Assembly (NCBI GenBank): GCA_963710285.1
Contig: CAVPZT010000006.1
Coordinates: forward strand, 1,080,838 to 1,144,837
Reading direction: 5' to 3'
Origin: an uncultured Alphaproteobacteria bacterium
Lineage (GTDB): Bacteria > Pseudomonadota > Alphaproteobacteria > Rhodobacterales > Rhodobacteraceae
DNA length: 64,000 nucleotides
The stretch's first letter is position 1. Every line of letters starts with the position of its first letter. The notes below the pieces were generated by a model. The model was not told the origin of the DNA. It saw nothing but the letters and a program-made list of their open reading frames with translations, and ran no database searches. This document shows, one piece after another, positions 18,463 through 26,073 of this stretch. The position numbers were made by a program, and so were the translations under genes.

Positions 18463-20565
18463 CTACCCGCGGAATGCCCACCCGCTGCCGTGCTCCTCCG
18501 GCCCGCCGCTGCCCGGTCCCGTTTGCTCGACGTCGGAGGCCTCATCGCGAATGTCGAGGACTGAACCCTGAGGAAGGATGACCCTCCCGGGCCCATTCTC
18601 AGAAAGCGCCAGTTTCGGGGACGTCGGCACGATCGCGAACGATGCGAACAGGGATTCCTCGAGCTTTTGCAGGTATTCGACCGAATAGGGCTTGTCGATC
18701 AGTTGGAACTGCAGCGAACGGTGCTGGTTCAGAGCCTTGATCGCCGCCATCGCTTCGCGCACAACGTCTTCGTTCCAGGCGGCCTGCTTCGGCGAGCGGG
18801 AGCGAAGATCGCGCCTGGTGGCGATCCAGACCTGTGCGTGCACTCCGTCGAGCCCTTCCTCGCTCGCACGCACTTCCTGCCACGACCCGTCGATCTGCAC
18901 TTCGATCGCGCCGATGTCCGCCTCATCCCAGCGGATGCTGAAGTGGCGTGGGCCGCCGCTGACAATGCTGTGCGCCAGCGCCTCGTTCTGATGGCGAACC
19001 CCCAGGACCGTTATCCCCTCCTTCGTTCCCTTCATCGTTCGGGAGATCCCGAACGCGAGCCGTTTCCGGCGTTTGTCGGGCGCTGCTTTCAGGGGGTAGT
19101 TGCCCTCGCGGTGATCCCGCTCCCACTGCTCGCGCGGCGTCCGGCCACCCAGCCCCCGGCGGGGGGTATTGTGGTAGATGTCGACGATCCAGCGCACCAG
19201 AATGCGGCAGATGTCTTCCGCATCGAGGCAGGCACGCTTCTCGGCCGGATGGTCGCCCTTTTCGACGACATCCGAGAAGGTTCGCCCGGACAGAAGCGGT
19301 AGCAGATTGCTTCCGATGGTCCCGAAGATCCGCTCCCCGGTTCCGCGCATGGTTGCCGCACCGGCGATGGTGCGCAAATGCGTCATGCCGAGGTCGCAGC
19401 AAGTGTCGGTGAAGGCCTTGGCTTTGAACGCACTTCCGTTGTCCGTGGCAATCAGTTCCGGCGTGCCGGCCTCGCTCCAGCGGCACTTCGCACCGGTCGC
19501 ATCGGAGATCTCGCCCTTGTCGCTCACCACCATTCTCAGACAGTTGGCGGCGGAACTTTCCCTTGGGTTTTTCGTCAGCATGAAGCCGAGGATGATCTTG
19601 GTTCGGCAGTCGATCGCGAGCGTGGCCCACCAGCGCGCCTTCTTGTCGTCCAGCCCGAGGCCCTGAAGCTCCTCGTCGGTGAAGAGTTTCAGCAGCCCAG
19701 CCTTTGCCATGACTGTCATTAGGTCGATCTTCGTCTCATCCATCTCGACCCGCTCGAGCGGGCGCGAGACCTCGATGCCCTTGTTGACGGGCCGATGATC
19801 GTTGATCGTCTTCTCGATCCCGTACCGCGCGAGGGTGACCGAGAACTTGTCCAGACCGTCGATATACTGGCGAATGGCGTGCCGCCCCGGCACCCTGAGG
19901 ACAGGAAGCCCGGCCGCTTCGCGACGCTTGTTCTCATCGTGGAACGCGTCCTTGACTGCCTTCTCGGTCAGCAGCTTCGTCATTCGGTTCAGTGTGAGAT
20001 AGTTTTCGTTCACGGTCTTCGCCAGCAGGGCGTTGGTTTTGATGTCATAACCGTTGTCCCTGCGCCCCCGCAGGGAAGTACGGGGCGCCAGACCGATCTT
20101 TCCGTCTCTCTCGAAGTCGCGCACGTAGCCCAGCAGGGTCCTCGGATGGACGCCAGAGACCGCCGCCACCAGCTTCCCACCGTGCCTTTTGGTTGCGGCG
20201 GCATCAGAACCGGGATCCCGCAGCATGTCCTGCTGATCGACCCTGTCCTTCATGTATGCGACTGCACCCCCGGCGATCGATGCCTGCTTGGCCGAGATCG
20301 AACTCTCCGTCCTATGGACGAGCCCATTGTTGAATTGGTCGAGGAAAGACTGGACGAGAGCGAACCTCAGGTCGACGACTTCCTTGTCCTCCGGACGCAG
20401 GGCGGCCAGACAGTCGTCGCCGATCGGCTTGGACTCGCGGCGGATCACCGTGTCCGGACTGAAGAAACTGACCTTGTGCTTGATCCGACCGCTCGACGAG
20501 AGTTCGTTGATGATCTGGAACGGGAAGGTCTGTGCCAGCCCCTTGCCGTCCACAGGGACGAGCAC
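18463..20565 (-). CDS. tniA: TniA/TnsB-like DDE (retroviral-integrase-fold, Mu-type) transposase, 700 aa
   Basis: Intact ORF with a GTG start. The catalytic core pattern is present (VEMDETKIDL ... ELIATDNGSAFKA ... GTGERIFGT), followed by a Mu-transposase-like C-terminal domain. Confidence 0.9.
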   Translation of the reverse strand: MLVPVDGKGLAQTFPFQIINELSSSGRIKHKVSFFSPDTVIRRESKPIGDDCLAALRPEDKEVVDLRFALVQSFLDQFNNGLVHRTESSISAKQASIAGGAVAYMKDRVDQQDMLRDPGSDAAATKRHGGKLVAAVSGVHPRTLLGYVRDFERDGKIGLAPRTSLRGRRDNGYDIKTNALLAKTVNENYLTLNRMTKLLTEKAVKDAFHDENKRREAAGLPVLRVPGRHAIRQYIDGLDKFSVTLARYGIEKTINDHRPVNKGIEVSRPLERVEMDETKIDLMTVMAKAGLLKLFTDEELQGLGLDDKKARWWATLAIDCRTKIILGFMLTKNPRESSAANCLRMVVSDKGEISDATGAKCRWSEAGTPELIATDNGSAFKAKAFTDTCCDLGMTHLRTIAGAATMRGTGERIFGTIGSNLLPLLSGRTFSDVVEKGDHPAEKRACLDAEDICRILVRWIVDIYHNTPRRGLGGRTPREQWERDHREGNYPLKAAPDKRRKRLAFGISRTMKGTKEGITVLGVRHQNEALAHSIVSGGPRHFSIRWDEADIGAIEVQIDGSWQEVRASEEGLDGVHAQVWIATRRDLRSRSPKQAAWNEDVVREAMAAIKALNQHRSLQFQLIDKPYSVEYLQKLEESLFASFAIVPTSPKLALSENGPGRVILPQGSVLDIRDEASDVEQTGPGSGGPEEHGSGWAFRG

Positions 20566-20721
20566 AAAGGATTCGGCCGTTCGGGCGAGAAGGCGGAACG
20601 CGACTGCGTCGATCGTGACGCGGTCGTATCGGTAACGCCATCAACTGGTATGGCGCCGCCCTCTCCGATCTGCATCGCGAAGTTTCCGGCGGCAGGGCGG
20701 CGGCACGCCGTTGACATCCAA

Positions 20722-20747
20722 GGGGGGCGCAGGTGACTGCGCCCCCC
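20722..20747. repeat. perfect 11-bp GC stem-loop in the transposon right arm
   Basis: GGGGGGCGCAG-gtga-CTGCGCCCCCC, about 155 bp upstream of the tniA start, with no U-tract on either strand. Confidence 0.6.
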
Positions 20748-21297
20748 CCTGACGGCTCCCGGTTCCCGAAGCCAAAAGGCGGCAAGGTATGATCGCCTTC
20801 AGCCCCTCGACGCGCGCGCGATGATCAGGACAGATTGGGAGTGTCTGAGGACGCGCTTTTACACCCTGATCCACAATCGCACCGAAAGAGCGGCCACTGA
20901 CCAGTTCCGCTGGCTCCACCCGGAGTCCCAGAACCCCGACGGCCGCGCCGCCGCGAAGCAGGGAAAAATCGGCTTCGCCGCCGCCTACGAGGATGGCAGG
21001 GCCGCCCGATCCTCCCCCCGATCACATCGCGGTCGTCTGCGAGGTTTCGATCGCCTTTGGCGAAGCCGACACCGAACGCATCGCCTGCCCTCACCTCCGC
21101 AGCCGCGCCGGGACCTTTGCCCCTTCGAAACCCGCACCGGCCTCGGCATGGTCGAGGTGACCGAAGGATATCGCTTTTCGCTTCGACCGTCGCAAAATCA
21201 GAAGTCGGAGGTTTGCATTTCACCTGCCACCGCAATAAATCCTGCATGTATGACAGCGAATTTTTCTGCTCAGCAATTTCAATAGTTTAGCAGCGGA

Positions 21298-21316
21298 GGG
21301 CGATAATATCTGGACA
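21298..21316 (-). repeat. subterminal repeat R2 (putative TniA binding site)
   Basis: Its reverse complement TGTCCAGATATTATCGCCC matches L2 (2562..2580) at 16/19. Confidence 0.6.
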
Positions 21317-21334
21317 AAAGGGTGCCAAAAACCC

Positions 21335-21365
21335 CCGAAAAGGGCGTTTTCTCCCAGACTCCTCA
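21335..21365 (-). repeat. right terminal inverted repeat (IR-R)
   Basis: See IR-L: 22/31 identity, and the terminus ends in ...CA. Confidence 0.75.
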
Positions 21366-21370
21366 GTTGA
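21366..21370. repeat. right copy of the 5-bp target-site duplication GTTGA
   Basis: Identical to 2465..2469 and immediately abutting IR-R. Confidence 0.8.
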
Positions 21371-21385
21371 AAAGCGGCGCTCACC

Positions 21386-23650
21386 TCACCCGCATTTCGA
21401 ATGGCCGCAGGAGGGGCAGGTCATGCAGCCTTCGATCATCTGCATCCCGAACTGTCCGCAGGACGGACAGGCAGGCCCGCGCGGGGATTCGCCCACCGCC
21501 ATGAGCTGCGCCTTCGGGTCGGATTTCAGGCCGAGCCCCTCGCCCTCGATGAAGCCGATGGCGATCATGTGGCGTTCGATCACGCCGCCGATGGCGGCGA
21601 GGATGGAGGGGATATAGCGACCTTGCATCCAGGCCCCGCCGCGCGGGTCGAAGACGGCTTTCAGCTCTTCCACGACGAAGCTCACATCGCCCCCGCGCCG
21701 GAACACCGCCGAGATCATCCGCGTCAGAGCGACCGTCCAGGCGAAATGCTCCATGTTCTTGGAGTTGATGAAGACTTCGAAGGGCCGCCGGTGCCCGCCC
21801 TGCACTATGTCATTGATGGTGATGTAGATCGCGTGCTCGCTGTCCGGCCATTTGAGCTTGTAGGTCGCCCCTTCCAGCGCCTGCGGCCGGTCCAATGGCT
21901 CGGAGAGATAGACGACCTCCGCCCCGCTGTCGGCCTCGGGCACCTTCTCCTCTTTCTCGGAAACCGAGAGGACGGAGCCTGTCACCGCGTTCGGGCGGTA
22001 GGTGGTGCAGCCCTTGCAGCCCTGATCCCAAGCCGCCATGTAGACGTCCTTGAAGGCCTCGAAGCTGATTTCCTCGGGGCAGTTGATGGTCTTCGAAATC
22101 GACAAATCCACCCATTTCTGCGCCGCCGCCTGCATCCGCACATGGTCGAGCGGCGGCAGGGTCTGTGCGTTGACGAAATGCTCCGGCAAGGGCTTGTCGC
22201 CGAACCGTTCGCGCCAGAGCTGGACGGCGTAGTCGACCACCTCTTCCTCGGTCCGCGAGCCGTCCTTTTGCAGGACCTTGCGCTTGTAGGCATAGGCAAA
22301 GACCGGCTCGATGCCAGAAGAGACGTTGCCGGCATAGAGGCTGATCGTGCCCGTGGGCGCGATGGAGGTCAGAAGCGCGTTGCGGATGCCGTCCTTGGCG
22401 ATGGCGTCGCGCACATCGGCGTCCATATGCTTCATGTTGCCCGAGGCGAGGAACTTCTTCGCGTCGAAGAGCGGGAAGGCCCCCTTTTCCTTCGCCAGAT
22501 CGACCGAGGCGAGGTAGGCCGCCCGCGCGATGCGGTGCAGCCAATCTTCGGTCTGCTTCGCGGCCTTCTCAGAACCGTACCGAAGGCCGACCATCAGAAG
22601 CGCGTCCGCCAAGCCGGTGACGCCGAGCCCGATCCGGCGCTTGGCCTGCGCCTCGGCCTCTTGCTGAGGCAGCGGGAAACGCGAGGCATCGACGGTGTTG
22701 TCCATCATCCGCACAGCCGTCCGGGTGAGATCTTCGAGCGCATCGAGGTCGAGCGCCGCGCCCTTGCCGAAGGGGTCCGTGACCAGCCGCGCGAGGTTGA
22801 TCGAGCCCAGAAGACAGGCGCCGTAAGGCGGCAGGGGTTGTTCGCCGCAGGGGTTGGTGGCGGCGATGGTCTCGACATAGTTAAGGTTGTTCGCGGCGTT
22901 GATGCGGTCGATGAATATCACACCCGGCTCGGCATAGTCGAAGGTCGCCCGCATGATCCGGTTCCAGAGATAGCGCGCCTCGACCGTCTTGTAGACCTTG
23001 CCGTCGAAGATCAGTTCCCAAGGCTTGTCGGCCTTCACGGCTTCCATGAACGGGTCGGTGACGAGGACGGAGAGATTGAACATCCGCAGCCGCGCCGCGT
23101 CCCGCTTGGCCTCGATGAAGGCCTCGATATCGGGGTGATCGCAACGCATGGTCGCCATCATCGCGCCGCGACGGGAGCCTGCCGACATGATGGTGCGGCA
23201 CATCGCGTCCCAGACATCCATGAAGCTCAAGGGACCGGAGGCGTCAGCGGCGACACCCTTCACCTCGGCACCACGTGGCCGGATGGTGGAGAAGTCATAG
23301 CCGATGCCGCCGCCCTGCTGCATCGTCAGCGCCGCCTCTTTCAACCCGTCGAAGATGCCGCCCATGTCGTCGGGGATCGTGCCCATGACGAAGCAGTTGA
23401 AGAGCGTGACGCTGCGGCCGGTGCCCGCACCCGCTGTGATGCGCCCGGCGGGGAGGTATTTGAAATCCTCAAGGGCGGCGTAGAAGCGGTCTTCCCACGC
23501 GGCCGGGTCCGTTTCGACGGCGGCCAGCGCGCGGGCGATGCGTCGCCAGCTATCCTCGACCGTGCCGTCAATGGGGGTGCCGTCCGCCTGCTTGAAGCGG
23601 TATTTCATGTCCCAGATCTGCTCGGCAATCGGGGCGGCGAAACGGGTCAT
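21386..23650 (-). CDS. nrdJ: class II (adenosylcobalamin-dependent) ribonucleotide reductase
   Basis: Intact ORF 21386..23734. The likely start is ATG 23650 (MTRFAAPIAEQIWDMKYRF), with GAGGA 9 nt upstream. It has an RNR catalytic core (NPCGEQPLPPYGACLLGSINL, SIAPTGTIS) and a C-terminal Cys ribbon. Confidence 0.9.
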   Translation of the reverse strand: MTRFAAPIAEQIWDMKYRFKQADGTPIDGTVEDSWRRIARALAAVETDPAAWEDRFYAALEDFKYLPAGRITAGAGTGRSVTLFNCFVMGTIPDDMGGIFDGLKEAALTMQQGGGIGYDFSTIRPRGAEVKGVAADASGPLSFMDVWDAMCRTIMSAGSRRGAMMATMRCDHPDIEAFIEAKRDAARLRMFNLSVLVTDPFMEAVKADKPWELIFDGKVYKTVEARYLWNRIMRATFDYAEPGVIFIDRINAANNLNYVETIAATNPCGEQPLPPYGACLLGSINLARLVTDPFGKGAALDLDALEDLTRTAVRMMDNTVDASRFPLPQQEAEAQAKRRIGLGVTGLADALLMVGLRYGSEKAAKQTEDWLHRIARAAYLASVDLAKEKGAFPLFDAKKFLASGNMKHMDADVRDAIAKDGIRNALLTSIAPTGTISLYAGNVSSGIEPVFAYAYKRKVLQKDGSRTEEEVVDYAVQLWRERFGDKPLPEHFVNAQTLPPLDHVRMQAAAQKWVDLSISKTINCPEEISFEAFKDVYMAAWDQGCKGCTTYRPNAVTGSVLSVSEKEEKVPEADSGAEVVYLSEPLDRPQALEGATYKLKWPDSEHAIYITINDIVQGGHRRPFEVFINSKNMEHFAWTVALTRMISAVFRRGGDVSFVVEELKAVFDPRGGAWMQGRYIPSILAAIGGVIERHMIAIGFIEGEGLGLKSDPKAQLMAVGESPRGPACPSCGQFGMQMIEGCMTCPSCGHSKCG

Positions 23651-23783
23651 CGGCAGCGGTCCTCGGGCTTCTTCGGGGATTACCGCACCGTGGGCGCGGG
23701 ACGCGAGGATACTCCTCGCCCGTATCAGGGTCAACTTGATCTCGCGGTGCCGGGCGCTAGAATGTCAAGGTCTTGGGGGTGCG

Positions 23784-24216
23784 ATGACCAGATTCGTCCA
23801 TCTTCTGAAACTCTGCGTCGGCGCGGATATCGGTCGAGGACCTGCTCGACTGGCATCGCACCCATCCATCGCCGTTTCCGACGGGCGAACGGCGGCATGT
23901 GACCCGTATGTGGCCCAAGCGCGAGGCGGAGATTATGGCGGGCGGCTCGCTTTACTGGGTCGTGAAGGGCGTGATCCTTTGCCGCCAGAGAATCGTGCGG
24001 CTGGATGAGGTCGATCGCGGCGACGGCGTCCGCCGCTGCGGCATCATCATGGACCCCGAGGTGATCCGCACCGAAGCCGCCGCGCGGCGGCCGTTTCAGG
24101 GCTGGCGCTATCTGAATGCGGAGGACGCGCCCCGCGACCTGCCGAAGGGGCGCGCGCATGACAGCGCCTTGCCCGAGGATATGGCGCTGGCGCTGGCCGA
24201 GATCGGGCTACGCTGA
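23784..24216 (+). pseudogene. DUF1489-family protein, one frameshift near 23830
   Basis: MTRFVHLLKLCVGAD.. in the 23538 frame continues as ..HVTRMWPKREAEIMAGGSLYWVVKGVILCRQRIV..FQGWRYL in ORF 23899..24216. Confidence 0.7.
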
Positions 24217-24277
24217 CCGCAAAGCCGGGGGCTTCGCGCCCCCGGGCCCCCGCGGGGTACTTCCGCAATGAAGAAGC

Positions 24278-24983
24278 TCAGAGTGTCGGGGAGGTGATGC
24301 CGAGCTTCTCGAGCAGCGGGTCAAGCACGGCTTGCGCGCCGTTCTCCCAATCGGCGGCGCGGGCAGCGTAGAGCGTTGCCTGGCTTCGGTGGATGAGACC
24401 GTCGGCGAGGGTCTTGAGGTGGTTCGCGCGCAGCGTCTCGCCGGTCGATGTGATGTCGGCGATGGCTTCGGCAGTGAGGTTTTTCACCGTGCCTTCGGTC
24501 GCACCCTGGCTGTCGACGAGTTGATAGTCGGCGACGCCGTGTTCGGTCAGGAAGTCGCGGACCAGGCGGTGATACTTGGTGGCGATGCGCAGGCGATGAC
24601 CGTGAACGCGGCGGAAGGCGGCGGCGGCGGCGTCGAGATCATCGAGCGTGTCGACATCGGGCCAGCAGGCGGGGACGGCGATGATGAGGTCGGCCTGGCC
24701 GAAGCCGAGGGGGCTGAGTTCGGCGACCTGGCGGTCCCAGTCGGCGAGCTTGTCACGGACGAGGTCCGATCCGGTGACGCCGAGATGGATGCGGCCCGTC
24801 GGCCAGTTCACGGGGGATTTCGCCCGCGGAGAGGAGGACGAGTTCTAGCCCGGCGACGCCGTCGACCGCACCGGCATATTCCCGGTCGGACCCCGCCTTG
24901 CGGAGCGTGACGCCGCGAGCGCCGAACCAGTCGAAGGTCTGGTCCATGAGCCGGCCCTTTGAGGGGACGCCGAGTTTCAGCAT
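24278..24983 (-). pseudogene. hisG: ATP phosphoribosyltransferase catalytic subunit (short form), one frameshift near 24820
   Basis: The N-terminus MLKLGVPSKGRLMDQTFDWF (ORF 24753..24986) joins ORF 24278..24811 (..GQADLIIAVP..LRIATKYHRLVRDFL..). Its start overlaps the hisZ stop. Confidence 0.85.
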
Positions 24984-26073
24984 CACGCTTCCCCCTTCAG
25001 ATCGGCGACGAGGCCGGGGCGGATGACGCCGCCCACGGCGGGGATCGACCGGCCTGCCCCGAGGACCGTCGTCAGTGCATCATAGCGCCCGCCCGAGGCG
25101 ACGGGGGGCAGATCAGGGTCGGCGGCGTGGAAGGCGAAGACGAAGCCATCGTAGTATTCGAGCGTCGTGCGCCCGTGCGACGCCTCGAAATCGAGGTTCC
25201 CGACGTCGATCCCCTTCGCGGCGAGGGCGTTCAGGCGCGCCTCCATCCGGTCTGTGGCCGGGGCGATGGCGGGCATGTCGCGGGCGAGGTCGCGCAGGTG
25301 GGTCAGAGCGGCAGGGCTTTTCGCGGCGAGGTTCAGCAGGTCTTCGAGCCGCGCGACCTCTTCGGCGGAAATCGGCGGGGTAGCGGCGTCCGCCTGCAGG
25401 GCGGCGAGGCGGGTGGCGATTTCCGCTTCGGTCCGCAGGCCGATGGATGGGGCGGAGCTGCAGCGGATCGCCCGCTCCGAGCGCCGCGAGAAGACGCGCG
25501 CGGCTCTCCGGCACGGGCGAGCGACCGCCGAAGCGGTCGAGAAGTTGGGTGAAGCGGCGCGGACGCCAGATGTGGCGGAGAAGCGCCGCCTTGCGGCTGT
25601 CGAGCGTCTTCAGGCCGCGCACCGCCGCCATCAGGATCGCGATGTCACCGGTGACCGCGCGGAGGTTCAGGCGCGCGAGGAGATCGGCGAAAAGCGCGAA
25701 GACCTCGGCATCGGCGCTTTCGGGATCTTCACGCGTGAAGACCTCGTAACCCACCTGAAAATATTCGGATTTTCTGGCGGTCAGGTGTTCCTGCTTGCGG
25801 AAGACCTCGCCCATGTAGCAGTAGCGGGCGGGCTCCGCGCCGTCGGTCATGTGCATCTGCACGACCGGCACGGTGAAGTCCGGGCGCAGCATCATCTCGC
25901 CGTGCAAGGGGTCGTTCGTTACATAGGCGCGGGCGCGGATGTCCTCGCCGTAGAGGTCGAGAAGCACCTCGGCCGGTTGCAGGATATCGGCTTCGACCGG
26001 AACCGCCCCCGCCTCGCGGAAGGCGGCCATCAGGCGGTCGGCCTCGGCCCGCGCTTCGGCCCGCTCGCGCCAT
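24983..26073 (-). pseudogene. hisZ: ATP phosphoribosyltransferase regulatory subunit (HisRS paralog), at least 3 frameshifts
   Basis: ATG directly follows the hisS TGA (TGAATG). The body lies in the frame of ORF 25113..26162 (..LQPAEVLLDLYGEDIRARAYVT..MLRPDFTVPV..YCYMGEVFR..). The C-terminus is ORF 24983..25276 (..YYDGFVFAF..GGRYD..). Confidence 0.85.

Larger units (their letters stand above)
2470..21365 (-). mobile_element. Tn5053/Tn7-like TniA-TniB-TniQ transposon, 18,896 bp, carrying about 13 kb of cargo
   Basis: Termini are TGTCGAATCC... (left) and ...GGAGACTCCTCA (right; reverse complement TGAGGAGTCT...), matching 22/31 as inverted repeats. They are flanked by a perfect 5-bp direct repeat, GTTGA. 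The element encodes a DDE transposase (tniA), an AAA+ regulator (tniB) and a TniQ-family protein. It interrupts a roughly 24-bp spacer between the convergent kinase and nrdJ genes. Confidence 0.85.

Noticed and set aside
23651-23783. Looked for a cobalamin riboswitch or NrdR boxes upstream of nrdJ.
   Set aside because: I could not recognise a B12-box or a pair of 16-bp NrdR palindromes by eye. A covariance-model scan would be needed before claiming anything.
21401-23902. 833-aa plus-strand ORF, the longest in the track. Similar long ORFs occur at 847..1641(-), 8894..10207(-), 12686..13960(-), 16037..17077(-), 45418..46809(-) and 49170..50372(-).
   Set aside because: All lie antisense to genes with clear family signatures (nrdJ, kinase, FNR fusion, flavoprotein, paralog 2, sqr, MBL). 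Their products are Arg/Gly/Pro-rich, as expected for stop-poor alternative frames in about 65% GC DNA.
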